Program-made: the position numbers and the translations under genes | Shown: piece by piece, positions 1-17,465 of the stretch | Position numbering within the stretch: position 1 is the first letter of the stretch | Layout of the letters: each line of letters starts with the position of its first letter | Notes under the pieces: model-generated | Databases searched by the model: none | The model's input: only the letters and a program-made list of their open reading frames with translations | Told to the model about the DNA's origin: nothing | DNA from: the human T2T-CHM13v2.0 reference genome, Homo sapiens | DNA length: 64,000 bases | Strand: one strand, 5' to 3' | NCBI RefSeq assembly: GCF_009914755.1 | Contig: NC_060926.1

Positions 1-205
1 TTCAAGTGATTCTCCCGACTCAGCCTCCTGAGTAGCTGGGATTACAGGCACCTGCCACCATGCCCCGCTAAACTTTTTTTATATTTTTAGTAGAGACAGG
101 GTTTCACTATGTTGGCCAGGCTGGTCTCGAACTCCTGACCTCACGATCCGCCCGCCTCAGTTTACCAATGTGCTGGGATTACAGGCATGAGCCACTATGT
201 CTGGC
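1..205 (-). mobile_element. Alu (partial, at window edge)
   Basis: Antisense Alu consensus. Confidence 0.95.
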
Positions 206-359
206 CTACTATTTGTAATCTATATTCTAAATTAGTTCTTCTAAATCCTAATGTTTCTCCAAATCCTCACTTTGGAAGAAAAGTAAAAGCAAAAAGCAAA
301 CACTTAAACGTGAAGCATGATTTTAAAGTGGCTTACAATAAAGCAACCAGAGCAAGTGA

Positions 360-783
<424 letters not shown>

Positions 784-977
784 CTGAGCTGAGTTTTCTA
801 GAGGCTTCATGACATGTAATAGTTTTACAGACTGAAAGAGGAAGTAAATGAGAATCTAGCTATGTTCTATTAAGCGAGACATTAAAAAGATTTACAACAA
901 TGCAAAAACAATGACACTTTTCTGACTACTTTTTTGCTGTTGGGAAATAGTTATTTTTCATAAAAAATGCTATTATT

Positions 978-1278
<301 letters not shown>

Positions 1279-1382
1279 GCTATTATTATTAACACACAAT
1301 AGGGCTTATTACATTTTTAATGGATTACATTTTTTGTTTTAATTTCTAATGTAATAAACACTGACAGAAATAACCCACATAC

Positions 1383-2941
<1,559 letters not shown>

Positions 2942-3976
2942 TTAAGAAAAATGTAAAAGGAACTTGTGACCAAAAAATTTGAGTATACAAAGAACACAAA
3001 ATAAAACATCCTACATGTTTTCTAAAATAATCTTAAAGTTATGTTAGTTCTTTTAGATACTGCTCTTACCCTACCAATTTAGGACACTATGTACTTTTTC
3101 AAGAAAATTACCTACTCCCTGCACTCAGTGAAATGAACTTCTTTCCTTATACCAGATGGGGAAATAAATTAACTTCCAAACAAATGGACAGCCTAAATTA
3201 GCAATCAGTAAACTTTTTCTACAAAAGGAGGAGATTACTAATCTGGCTTTACAGGCATACAATCTCTGCTGAAACCACTCAACTCCAACCCTGTAGTATG
3301 TAAGCAGCCACAGACAATACATAAACAGAGGCAAGCTGCATTCCAATAAATATTAACAAAATTAGGCAGGGGCCATATTTGGCCCACAAGTTCTAATCAA
3401 CCCCTGCTCTAAACTAACATCTTTATACAAATCCAAGTGATGTTTTTGTTCAATGGAATTTATTTTCAAAATGGAGACACTGGTTTTCAAAATCAAAATT
3501 TAGGAAAAAAGGTAAATCACATAGTTGAGTTATTTTGTTTCTTAGCTAAAACAGTATTTTCTGAAATACCAGTGATGCTAAGTGCTTATACTAGTACATG
3601 TGAACCTAGCCATCTGATGACAGATGAACTTTAATTTTCACTAAAGATTATACTATTATAAAAAAATAAAATATGAAATAGCAGTTAGAACATTCATTTT
3701 AAGCTTGACTATGACAAAACTGAGTAACCATAAGGCTAATTTTAATCAAGCTTGAACTATAAGAGTTCTCTAAAAAGGAAAGTCATATAAAACCAATTAG
3801 AACTTCCCTGTAAAAGAAGAAAAATAAGATTGCCTCCTAGCGGTTCACTGTATTAACTATAACTCCTAGGTACATTATAGAAATAATGATTCAGTGAAGA
3901 AGTTTAGAGCAATGAACTTACTGCAAAAAGAAAAACTGCAATTTATACTAAAGCATTCTCCTCAAAGTCTACGCAC

Positions 3977-4122
3977 CTTTCCAGTAATTCTCTATTTTCC
4001 TGCACATCTCTAGTGGAAAGCGTAAGAAGCATAAGATTAGCATAGGCCAGCAGTAAGTCTGTATTGGTTGCTCGCCAGTCACTTTTATCAGACTCCAAAC
4101 ACTGTAAAGACTCCAGATATTC
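3977..4122 (-). CDS. RGPD8: RGPD coding exon 6 (146 nt); the gene continues beyond the left edge
   Basis: aaaatag|GAATATCTG...GGAAAG|gtgcgt; encodes EYLESLQCLESDKSDWRATNTDLLLAYANLMLLTLSTRDVQENRELLE; frame is continuous across exons 1-6. Confidence 0.92.
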
Positions 4123-4467
4123 CTATTTTGTGGAATGAATAGTAAGTTACAAAACTTAATCAAGTGTTAAGTAATTAACCATTTTATGCCTACAAATTCC
4201 TTTTCTCACTCCAACCACATTTGTGAAACTACATTGATTTTTACATCAACCTTATAAATGAAAACACCAAAAATATATACATTTATCATAGTTATCTCCC
4301 CAATCTTCCCATTATAAATTTAACTGATCCTGGTAAAAATTTCATTTTATAACTGTTCTACATAAATAAAAGAAATTTAAGTCCTGCGGGGCACTGCTGC
4401 TTTAGTACAAAAAGATGTATGCTAATTGCCTACATAGAAATGTAAAGACTCAATAGCTTTTATCTAC

Positions 4468-4698
4468 CTTAAGGGTCTGTACAACACACGAATTCCACTC
4501 TAAACTTGAACGCAAAGCTATGTTCCTCTCTGCCTCATGGCAGTGGGCCACAGCATCCTTCAATCTTTTAGTTGAGCGATACAACTCCACTAGCCGGATG
4601 TTCACATGGACGTCATCAGGTCTTACATAAAGTTCTGACTGAATCAAGTCAAAAAGTTTATTCCATCCATCTTCACCTTCACAATCTAGAAGCTGTTC
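4468..4698 (-). CDS. RGPD8: RGPD coding exon 5 (231 nt)
   Basis: aaatag|GAACAG...CTTAAG|gtagat; encodes EQLLDCEGEDGWNKLFDLIQSELYVRPDDVHVNIRLVELYRSTKRLKDAVAHCHEAERNIALRSSLEWNSCVVQTLK. Confidence 0.93.
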
Positions 4699-5270
4699 CT
4701 ATTTAGAGAGGAAAAAGAAAAATTATTAGAGTAACACTTGTGCAACTTTAAACAAGTCATGCTCCCAAAAAGCACCATTCCACTATGTCTAGTTTTATGA
4801 TGATGCCACCAAAAACACCATCCTAAATACCTTATTCGTCCCTTCTGAGAGTTGCTTACAACCCAGAAACTAAGCCTCAAGAACTGTATGTGAAGAAAAG
4901 CATCTGTGATTACTGCAGTAGCTCATACTCTCTTCAGAGACTACCAGGACTAATGCCACACATTCCTGTCCATCTGAGTCACCACCAGAAGCCTAGACCT
5001 CCCCAGTCAATCCTCAGCAACAAGGTCCTTATGTTCAAACTGCTCTGTATCTCCTTAAATCTGATTCAATCCTGCATCCCCTCTCCTCCCACTGTTCTGT
5101 TACCTTTATCATCATCTCAAAGCACTGTCATCACCTCCTGACCTTAAATGAAGACAGTATCATCTCAGGATAACCCCCACTACCATGATGGCTTTTTCTC
5201 TCTGAACTTACATACGAGGAGAGGAAGTAGGATTTGTGGCCACTCGCTTCTCATTTGCGATGCTCTTCCA

Positions 5271-5373
5271 TCAGCCTCTCAAGAAGCTAGGACCATAGGC
5301 ATGCACCACCATGCCCGGCTAATTTTTTTTTAACGTTCTGTAGAGATGGGGTCTTGCCGTGTTGCCCAGGCTG
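5271..5373 (-). mobile_element. Alu fragment
   Basis: Antisense Alu middle segment. Confidence 0.8.
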
Positions 5374-6804
5374 ACTACTCAGTTCCTTAATCACCTCATC
5401 TCCAGTGATGTTATCCTCTACTCCAACCTCAACCATCCACTTGCCACTGACACAGGTCTTCAAAATCTGCATTTTGGTCATACCACCGAAACCACCATAC
5501 CACCCTTCTTATTCTTCCACCTCACTGAGGGCCTACATACCCTTACTTTCAGAAATATACTTCTCCACCATATGACAAGTTCCCTTCAAGACAATAACAT
5601 CATCAAGTTTTAAACACCTGTAAACACATATAAATACACACACTTTCTTCTGTCAGGCAAAAAATGCTATAATCCCTTATATCCATAATTACTGTTTGCT
5701 TACAGATCCCTTCAACTAATTCCCTCTTTTCCTCAGAAGAACCCTCCCAACTGGTTTCTGTGTGCTTAGATTTGGGAAATCATAACCCCAAGCTAACTGA
5801 TTTCATTTGCATTATCTCAACCATCAAACTGGTGCTGCCTAAAACAAAATACCATTTTAGTACTAACAGACTCACTTTCTCCACTCCCTGACACTTCACA
5901 CCTCCTCCTATTTCCTCAACTTCCCCATACCTTCCTTTGACCCTCACTTTCAACTTATAACCTAGATTCATCCTTCACTGAGAAACCTGATGCTATCACA
6001 TATAAATTCCATTTTACCTTACCTACTTAAACTCGTCTTTCCCCAACTCTCAAGACCAAGCCGCCCATTAGTACTCTGTATTTCATTCCCCTCTCTCCTT
6101 TATCAATTTCTCCTCTTCTGGATGAGATGGATGAAACCCTGGCCTCTCCCTATTGCAAAAGCCCTAGTCTTTGACTCTATGTTAAACATTTTTTTAAAAA
6201 CCACTATGAGTGCTTTTAAAAAGTTCTATCTCATACTTGAGAGAAAAAGCCTTCTCAACAGTAATACTCTCATTCATTAAACAAATGTCAGAAACTGTTT
6301 ACCTTAGCAAGCCTTAAATTTTAGGAGAAATGGAATTACTTTGCATGACAGTTATAAATCTCATGGATTTCAATTCCAAAAAAAAAAAATCTGATACAGG
6401 AAAGGTGTAACAGTGCCTTCAAGTTATTAAAGAAAATCTTTAAAGAGTGCTTCAAAGTATCTAACTTGTTACACTGCAAGAAAAGAATCTCCTGCCATTA
6501 CATATGTTCTTTAACACTACTGACACCAGATTAACTGGATTGCCACGCCCAATATGGGAGTTATGTTTGAGGCATAACACCTAAGAGAGTAAAGAAATCT
6601 GCACAATTAGACCTCACGCTTTAGACTAACATTTAAAATCCAGCTGCTTATTACTGGGGAGAAAAACTTATCAGTAATATTTATCTTTGGAAGCATCTTC
6701 AATGCTTTTTCAGCTTCAAAAATCTGTACATGATTGTTCATAGCAGTTGAACAATAGCCAAAACCTAGAAATAACCAAAATGCCCCTCAAAAGTGAATGG
6801 TTAA

Positions 6805-6981
6805 GGCTGGGCACAGTGGCTCACACCTGTAATCCCAGCACTTTGGGAGGCCAAAGTGGGTGGATCACCTGAGAACCTGGGAGGCAGAAGTTGCAGTGAG
6901 CCGAGGTAGCACCACTGCACTCCAGCATGGGCAACAGAGCAAGACTCTGTCTCAAAAAAAAAAAAAAAAAAAAAAAAAAAA
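6805..6981 (+). mobile_element. Internally deleted, monomer-length Alu inside an old L1 fragment
   Basis: Left-arm 5' end joined to right-arm 3' end; 16-bp TSD AAAAGTGAATGGTTAA. Confidence 0.9.
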
Positions 6982-7115
6982 GTGAATGGTTAAATTGTGG
7001 ACCATGAAATACTACTCAGAAGTAAAGGAACCAACTATGGATATACAAAACTTAATATGGATCACAAATGGTATTATGCTGACTGAACAAGCCAACCTCA
7101 AAAGGTCACATGCTT

Positions 7116-7520
<405 letters not shown>

Positions 7521-7689
7521 CTACAAAAGGGGCAGCATGAGGAAGATCTCTGTGGTAACAGAGTAGTTCTGTATCTTGACGGCAGTGGTGGTATGAATCT
7601 ACACGTGATAAAATGAAAGAAAACTATACATACACATTGTACCAATGTCAAAATTCCTGATTTTGATACTGTGCTTTGGTCAGGTTAAA

Positions 7690-7917
7690 CAGGTTGAGTA
7701 TCCCTTATCCAAAATGCTTGAGACCAGAAGTATTTCAGATTTTGAACTTTTTCAGACTTTGGAATATTTGCAGGATACTTAGCAGATAGAGCATCCCAAA
7801 TCTGAAAATCTGAAATCCAAAATTTTCCAATGAGCATTTCTTTGAGCATCATGTCAGTGCTCAAAAAATTTCAGATTTTGGAGCATTTAGGATTTCGGAT
7901 TTTAAATGCTCAACCTG
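7690..7917. mobile_element. Tigger4a/MER46-type DNA transposon MITE
   Basis: TIRs CAGGTTGAGTATCC...ATGCTCAACCTG followed by TA; internal inverted structure. Confidence 0.85.
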
Positions 7918-8743
7918 TATAAGCATTGGGGAAAAATGAAGTAGCATATAGGATCTTTCTGTGCAAACTTTGCAACTTCCTGTGCAAAAAAATCTATAAT
8001 TATTTCAAAATTAAAATTTTTTAAATTTCTATCAGAAACATATATGATGGGGGTAGGAGGAAGCTAAAGGCAAATATACATTTATAATTTTATATTGTAC
8101 ACACACAATAAAGTATACATTAATATATAAAACATTACAATATACATTTTAAATGTTTGCCAAACATATTTGTGTAGATTTCTCCAGAACAGTTACTTAG
8201 TAAACTATATTTTACTCTATAAAGAATATCAGGACCAGTCAACACACTAGCAAGAACTTCCTACCATTTTTAGTAATTACGTCTTATATACTACAGAAAC
8301 CACCTTTTATCTTTTGCTTGAAAACCTTACTATCTCAAAATACAATCCCTTCTACTTTCAGACAATAGTTATCAGAAAACTCTTCTTTAAAATATCCCTA
8401 AATTGTCATCCTGTAGGTAATTTTCACTTAATGAAGCAAAAATTGTATATCAGACAGAACTTAATGTAAATCTTAGCTCTACTTAGTTTACAGCTACTAA
8501 ACTGTAAAATCCCTAAAATATTAATTATTCCAGAAGGGTAAATGAGATGTCACTTATAAAGTATAACAATGCCTAATAAGACAGTAGATGCTCAGAAAGG
8601 TTTTAATACACTTTTTAAAAGAAAAATGTTAAAGGAAACACAAACACCTGAGCTTAAGGTTTGCTATTGAAAAGTAATTTAAACTCCAAATATTAGAAAT
8701 GGTTATGTCTTAAGTTTTCTCCCTTTATGTTTTGTTTGTTTAC

Positions 8744-8896
8744 CTTTAGTTTATAAATTGCAGGACTTCCTGGGAAAAGTTTTGCTGCTCTTTCGACCCA
8801 GTATTTTGCTCTTCCATCAGTAACATCATTTTTACAAAGCAATTCTGCAATCTTCAACACAAGATCTTTTTGTGTTGGGTTTAATTCCACTGAACG
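8744..8896 (-). CDS. RGPD8: RGPD coding exon 4 (153 nt)
   Basis: ttag|CGTTCAGTG...CTAAAG|gtaaac; encodes RSVELNPTQKDLVLKIAELLCKNDVTDGRAKYWVERAAKLFPGSPAIYKLK. Confidence 0.93.
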
Positions 8897-9331
8897 CTAA
8901 TATCAGAAAAGAAATTAAAGATTAGTAAATAAATTGTATGTATGTATGTAGGAGTATATATACTTATACATAAAGGTTAAAAATTATCACTCCAACCCTT
9001 AAAAAATTCTACTTCTAGAGAAAACATGTTACTTTAAAGGTGTTAAAATAAAAGTGTCTTGGAATTTTCTAGAAATGAATCAAATAAAAATTATATTTGT
9101 GTCATTTGAATGCAAAAAACACAAAAGAACACCATTTCTGACCGTGTTAGACTTACAATTTATAGGTGTTAAACAATTCTAAATCTGTTCCAAGCTGTGT
9201 CACATAATTGTACTATGATACCAATGCCTGTTTTATGATATTTATAAAATATATTTGACTTACTTATATAAATTTCTCTGGGCATCATGTGTTTGGCTAT
9301 GCAAAGGCTATATTTGAATCCTATAACTTAC

Positions 9332-9443
9332 CCTGTAACATTCAACGGCTTTCTCTGTGTTTTCTTCCAATTCATAAAGAAGACCCAGAAATCTGTGAGC
9401 TTTGGGATCCCTCTCTTGCACATTAATGTAAGTACATATGTAT
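9332..9443 (-). CDS. RGPD8: RGPD coding exon 3 (112 nt, TPR region)
   Basis: aaacag|ATACATATG...TACAGG|gtaagt; encodes YICTYINVQERDPKAHRFLGLLYELEENTEKAVECYR. Confidence 0.92.
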
Positions 9444-10202
9444 CTGTTTTTTAAAAGTAATACAAAAGTAAATTAAACTTAGAACTGTACTTTTAAATGC
9501 TAACCGAAGAATACATCTTAAACCAAAGCAACCACTAAACTCGTTTATATTGTTACTCAAAACTACCACTATTTATGCAGATAACTCAAAAGTATTCATA
9601 GAAAGAAATGGGTAATACTTAAAAACACGTACATAGAGTTGACCACATACTCATTTTACCATTAAATGTCACATTTACCAAATTTTTCTCCAGTGTTAAC
9701 CACACATAAGAAATGAACATATAGATTGCTTTTTCTTCCTGATCACATTTTAATAAAGCACTAACAGTTTTGCCAATAAATTAGAAGTGATTATAATAAA
9801 CATTTTTAAAGTTATCATAATGCAAAATACTAAACAGCAACAATTTCCCAAACAACAAAGGGAAATACATTTACCCTTTAAGCAAGAAAGTAATTTCTAA
9901 CAGTACTATATCCAGCTAAAATCGAACAGAAGAAAAATTACTAATTACAGTACCAAATACAGGAAATTTCCATTTCTCAAATCAAGTAACAACTAAAATA
10001 AGTAAATATCCTCTAGGTTCCTTGACAGTATTACGATCAGAGAAATTAGGCCAGACCTAAACTAAGGGATTAAAGTCTCACAGTAAAAAGGTACAAGAGT
10101 TAACAGTCACAGTGCTGCTAGTTACATAATTTATGTACCACCATTTTCCTTTCTTACCAGCATTTCCATCTTCCTTTGGATGCCTTTAAAAGCCTGCCTC
10201 CC

Positions 10203-10504
10203 AGCTGGGAGCAGTAACACACACCTGTAGTCCCAACACTATGGGAGGCCGAGGCAGGCAGACTGCTGTGCTCAGAAGTTCAAGACTAGCCTGGGCAACA
10301 TAGTGACACCTGTCTCTACCAAAAAATGCAAACCTTAGCCAGGTCCACGTGGTGGTGCGCATCTGTATCCCCAGCTACTTGGGGCGCTGAGGTGGGAAGA
10401 TCGCTTGAGCCCAGAAGGCAGAGGTTACAGTGAGCAAAGATGGAGCCAGCTGCTGCACTCCAGCCGGAGCAAGAGAGACAGATACTGCCTAAAAAAAAAA
10501 AAAA
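10203..10504 (+). mobile_element. AluJ
   Basis: Diverged Alu; TSD AAAAGCCTGCCTCCC. Confidence 0.9.
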
Positions 10505-11023
10505 GCCTGCCTCCCTCTTAATTTCCTGCTTTAATCCACTCCCAGCCAGGAAATCAGAATCACCAAGCTTCTTATCCCTAGGATAGAGCCTTACAGCATC
10601 ACATATTGTGTCAATTAAAGATCTTTTATACAAGCTATTCTCCTGCCTTACAATTACAGTTTAGTTTTTTATTCATTGCTATTTTCCATCTGATTAAGGT
10701 ATCAGATATCTAACCAAAAACAAATTAAGATATAGGCATGGTCCTCTTTTACTCCAACAGAAGACAATTTTTAGAAAAAGTGTTTTAAGCCAAACAATTT
10801 CTTGCCCTTGGTATAAAGCAGCAGCATGCAGAAAACACTAATTGCAGTTTCAATCTCAATGGAATCTAGGCTGGTCCTTAGCATCAGTCTGAGTGATAAA
10901 TCCCTTATTCCAGAATACACTTAGGAAGAACTACTAAGAACATATTTTTACCTATTTCAAAGAAGAAAATGAGAAAAGGCATTGATTTTAAAAAAAAGAA
11001 TACATGTTACGGTTTGTACTTAC

Positions 11024-11091
11024 TTTTTAGCAAGATCATATTCTTTAGCTTCATAATACAGCTTTGCAAAATAGAATCCTTTCATTGACTT
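11024..11091 (-). CDS. RGPD8: RGPD coding exon 2 (68 nt)
   Basis: tttttttag|AAGTCAATG...GCTAAAAA|gtaagt; encodes KSMKGFYFAKLYYEAKEYDLAK(K). Confidence 0.92.
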
Positions 11092-11193
11092 CTAAAAAAA
11101 AATTAAAAGTTGTTTTATGTTTCATACAGAAATATTTTCCAACATTTTTTCAAAAGTAGTTAAAGCCTGACAAATGCATAATTCCATGTTTTA

Positions 11194-11860
<667 letters not shown>

Positions 11861-12261
11861 CATAACATACAAAAAATAAATTCAAGAAAGCAAGACAAGC
11901 AGACAACAGAAGTTAAGAATTTTCATCAGCCTTGGAAATCTCGGAAACCCTGTGGTACCACTCTCTCACTTAACAAACAAAAGAAACCAGCTTTCTTTGG
12001 GGAGGAAAGGTATTCCAGAAATCTCTTCTCCTACCATGTGTAAGCCTCTATGGGAAAGAATAAATAAGTACTTAGGATCTATTAAGGCACTGAGGATTCC
12101 CGGGTCCATGTACTGTTCTCTCTACAGATCAGATCAGTATTTTACAGTCAAGGAGTCAAAAAGGCAGAAATAAATATTGAATTCTTCAAGTAATAAACGA
12201 GGTCCACAGCCTGGATCCTTGGTTACATAAACTCCAAAGTCCAAAATGCTGATGCACACCA

Positions 12262-12559
12262 GGCTGGGTGCGGTGGCTCACACCTGTAATCCCAGCACTT
12301 TCGGAGACTGAGGCGGGTGGATCACTTGAAGCCAAGAGTTCGAGACCAGCCTGGCCAACATACAGAAACCTCCTTTCTACTAAAAATACAAAAATTAGCT
12401 GGGCATGGTGGCACACGCCTGTAATCCCCGCTGCTTGGGAGGCTGAGGCAAAGAATCACTTGAACCCGGGAGGCAGAGGCTGCAGTGGGCCAAGATCGCA
12501 CCACTGAACTCCAACCTGGGCAACAGAATGATTCCATCTCAAAAAAAAAAAAAAAAAAA
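12262..12559 (+). mobile_element. AluS
   Basis: Full Alu with poly-A and TSD-like aaaatgctgat. Confidence 0.95.
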
Positions 12560-12639
12560 TGCTGATACAACCAGAGTATGTTCCATCCATGTGATAGAGT
12601 ATACAGCTACTCAAACATCTTATTTTTGAAATTCCAAGA

Positions 12640-13328
12640 CCCCAGTGAATGTCCAAAACGATGAATAGTACCAAACCAGGTTGCCATCAATCGAAACATG
12701 TTTCCTGTTTGTGTCCTCCACCCACAAATTTAATGTCTTGTCCATCTCAACTAAGCACTTATCACACACTGTGGCTGTAACTTTTGCAGTTTGGGGTGTC
12801 ACAACAAAACTAGCACAAATTTCTTTTTCCTTCTTCACAATTTCATGGACAAAAGATTTGTTCTTACCATAGATCTCAGCAACCCCAGTATATGATCTTT
12901 TTTCTTTCCTAAGTCAAAAACTCACCTCTTCACTTAAAGGAAGCACTATATGGCTTCTCTCTGGCATATGTGAACTGCCAGCATCGCTATTCTTGCTCTT
13001 TGGTGCCATTTTAAATAAAATAAAGGTCACTTGAACACAAGCACTGCAATACTCCAACAACTGATCTGATAACTGAGGTGGCTAGTATGTAACTAGCGGG
13101 TGGGGAGCACATACAGCATGAATATGTTGGACAAAGGGATGATTCGTGTCCTGGGTAGGACGGAGCAGGAGGCCGTGAGATTTTTATCATGTTATTCAGA
13201 CCTGTTTGCAATTTAAAACTCATGAAATGTTTATTTATATAATCTTCCATTCAATATTTTTGGACCACGGGTGACGCAGGTAAGTAAAACCACGTAAGGC
13301 AATACTGTGGATAAGAAGGGACTACTGT
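12640..13328 (-). mobile_element. MER44/Tigger7-type DNA transposon remnant
   Basis: Ends in GGATAAGAAGGGACTACTG-TA (reverse complement of the MER44 TIR); Tigger-like internal sequence. Confidence 0.7.
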
Positions 13329-13559
13329 ACCAGCAACGAACAATCAGAAAATGAAATTAAGAAAGCAATTCCATTTACAATCGCATCTAAAAGAAAAAAA
13401 TGCCTGGGAATAAATGTAAACAAGGAGGTGAGAGACTTGTATGCTTAAATTACAAAACCTTGCTCAATGCCAGGCTAACACCTGCAATCCCAGCACTGGC
13501 GACAGAGCAAGACTCCGTCTCAAAAAAAAAAAGAACTATAGCAATCTTAACAAAAATAA

Positions 13560-13878
<319 letters not shown>

Positions 13879-13924
13879 AGTTCCCCCTTTTCAAAATGAA
13901 GAAATAGATTCAAGGTACAATGCC

Positions 13925-14026
13925 AAAACATAATAGAAAAATAATTCCATTACCTTCTTTGCTTCCAACTATGTTAAAACATAATAGAAAAATAATTCCA
14001 TTACCTTCTTTGCTTCCAACTATGTT
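13925..14026. repeat. Perfect 51-bp tandem duplication
   Basis: AAAACATAATAGAAAAATAATTCCATTACCTTCTTTGCTTCCAACTATGTT x2. Confidence 0.95.
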
Positions 14027-15027
14027 ATTAAAGTAGACAATCTTAAGATAATTAAACAACTTTACAAATTATTCTTCTATATGATCTTTTGCCTCTAACC
14101 TGCTCACTTTACAAGGGAACTGAAGCTCAAGCAGACAAATGCCTTGTTTAAAGATATACAGCTAGAAAGGAGCACAGCCCATGTTATGTAAACAGGACAA
14201 TATCTGATGCAAGCAGTACTTCTTTACATGACAGCAGATGTCACTATAAGCAAATACCTGAATTCACTTAAGCTGCCAAATATCAAGAACTGATGCAGGG
14301 CTGAAAACAGGAACAGTAAGACCCTAAGAGATGCCACATCATCGCTATCTTGCACAGTAAGATAGAGATGTAATTGTAATTGTCCAAAACTTAATATTTG
14401 TGGCCTACTTTTTCATTATGCAGTTCTAAATTTCTCTCTTTTTTTTTTAATTCAAACGGAGTCTCACCCTGTCGCCCATCTTGCACAGTCAAATGAATCT
14501 CCCTCCCCCTAAAATCCTCCAAAAAAGCTGCTGTTCTCAACAAACCCATCTGATCAGCTCCAAATCTGTGGAGTCCCAACAAGGGTGAAGGCCGTGATTA
14601 TACAGGACAATGAGGAAAAGTCTAGATACTGAACCATGAGTTCCCCAATCTTCTTCCCCTGGAACATAAGGGTAAGGAAATCTCTCAAAAGGCAGAACAA
14701 ACAAAAGAGGAGAATAAGAGAAAAATTAGAGAAACTCCAGCTTTCAGGTAAACATCATTAAAAAAAAGGGTAAGAAATGGTCAAAGAAATAATACAAGAA
14801 ATGCTACAGAACTGAAAGAAATGAGTTTCCCAATTGAAAGGACACTTCCAGAAAACCTTTAAGTTACCAAGAACAAGAATCTCATGGGACTCCTAACAAC
14901 AGAACTTCTAGAAAATGGAGCAATGCTTTCAAAATTGCAAAAAAAATTATTTGAAACTCAGAATTCGATAACCAAATGATCAACTAAATTAAGTAAAGAT
15001 GTTTTAAAGACATACCATTAGTTTCTA

Positions 15028-15267
<240 letters not shown>

Positions 15268-15642
15268 TCAAAGCAAGTGAGACTATGCTACACCAAAACA
15301 AAGAAAGTAAATGAAGAGGACATGAGATACAAGAAACAAAGGGTCTAACTCAGAAAAAAGATGAAGGGAATTCTCAAACTGGTGATAAAGGGAAGTCCCA
15401 AGAGCACAGCTGTGTAGCAAAGAGGAAGAAAAACCAATCCGGGTTGGAGAAGTTGGTTAGTAAGGGTATTCCAGGTAGACAGACAATCAATCAATCAATC
15501 AATGTTTTAAGCTGAAATTGATGGGATTATGTGACCAGTTTGACCACATTTGAGGGTTTAAATTGCTGAGTTTAAGTAAGCAAGTAGTAACACAACATAC
15601 AAGCAAACCAAAAAATAAAGCAATTATTCAGTCCAGGAAAAC

Positions 15643-15749
15643 GTGGGTGCAGCACACCAGCATGGCACATGTATACATATGTAACTAACCTGCACAATGT
15701 GCACATGTACCCTAAAACTTAAAGTATAATAAAAAAAACAACAAAAAAC
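15643..15749 (+). mobile_element. Very short young L1PA 3' end
   Basis: GGGTGCAGCACACCAGCATGGCACATGTATACATATGTAACTAACCTGCACAATGTGCACATGTACCCTAAAACTTAAAGTATAATAAAA. Confidence 0.92.
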
Positions 15750-15922
15750 TGCACAACAAGGGCAATTCAAATGCAAAAATATTTACCTTATATTTATATA
15801 AATGTTAACTATTCATTTAAACAAAAACTGCAGTAACAGTACTGAAAGAATGAGGGGCAAACCAAAGTGTCTGAGGACAGTTTTGGAGGAGCATAATAGC
15901 CAGTACAGAATGTCTAAAATGG

Positions 15923-16204
15923 GGCCGGGCGCGGTGGCTCACGCCTGTAATCCCAGCACTTTGGGAGGCTGAGGCGGGCGGATCATGAGGTCAGGAGATT
16001 GAGACTATCCTGGCTAACACGGTGAAACTCCGTCTCTACTAAAAATGCTAAAAAATTAGCCGAGTGTTGTGGCGGGTGCCTGTAGTCCCAGCTACAGGCT
16101 GGGGCAGGAGAATGGCGTGAACCCCGGAGGCAGAGTTTGCAGTGAGCCGAGATCGCGACACTGCACTCCAGCCTGGACGATAGAGCCAGACTCCGTCTCA
16201 AAAA

Positions 16205-16235
<31 letters not shown>
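15923..16235 (+). mobile_element. AluY
   Basis: AluY-like diagnostics (GAATGGCGTGAACCC); TSD aatgtctaaaatggg. Confidence 0.95.
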
Positions 16236-16236
<1 letters not shown>

Positions 16237-16511
16237 TGTCTAAAATGGGAGAAAGGGAATTAAAAATAACAAAAGTATATATGTGTGTTACTCAGAAGTA
16301 TGAAGTATAGATGTAAAGGGCAGAAAAAACAACTAACAGCTGTCAAAGGTGCCTGCCTGTAGTCCTAAGTACTCAGGAAACAGAGGTAGGAGGATCATTT
16401 ACGCCCAAAAATTTGATGAGCAACACAGCAAGACCCTATTCTAAAAAACAAATAAATAAAAATAAGAGCTGTCAAGTAGACTTTGAGAAGTAGGAATCAG
16501 CTGCAGAATAA

Positions 16512-16852
<341 letters not shown>

Positions 16853-17465
16853 TAAGAAGGGCAAAAGCACATGTGAGGGAGTAGAAAAATGGCAAAACAA
16901 GAGAAGACTAACAAATGAAAGCACAATGGAAGACTAGAAAGATATGATATACAGACGCATCATCACACACCAAAACTCCGACATTCTAGAAGGCATGGGC
17001 AGTTCACAGATGGCCAGCCTCTGCCAAACTGGGGGAGAATACTAACCTCTTCATATTCTTCACAGCCACTGCCTCTTCTCCCTCCATTCTTTACCTTCTA
17101 TCCAAAGCACCCTGTTTTGTCATTTCACTCAAACCTAACTTTACAGAATAGCTTCACATGTTCCAGTTACTCACTAGTTAATCCATATTCCGCTGAAATC
17201 CCCAGGTTCTAATGTAAATGACTTTAAATTTGGGGGGGAAAAAAAGACTCTAAGTGTAAGAGAGGTGGTCATAATAACCAATCGTCAAAATGTTGCTACC
17301 ACTCCACTTTATTTAATGGAGAAGTTATGTAGTTGAAAGAACATTCTGACTTCTGTCTAGACCAGTGGTTTTTAATCTTTTGGAAGCCAAGGTCCCCACT
17401 AAGAATCTCAGAAAGGCTCTAAGGTTGCTTTTTTTTTTTTTTAAGCTTGTTTAAAAAAAAAATCA

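Noticed and set aside
14347-14489. 12-bp direct repeat ATCTTGCACAGT flanking a tiny Alu fragment
   Set aside because: Too short and ambiguous to call a TSD-bounded insertion.
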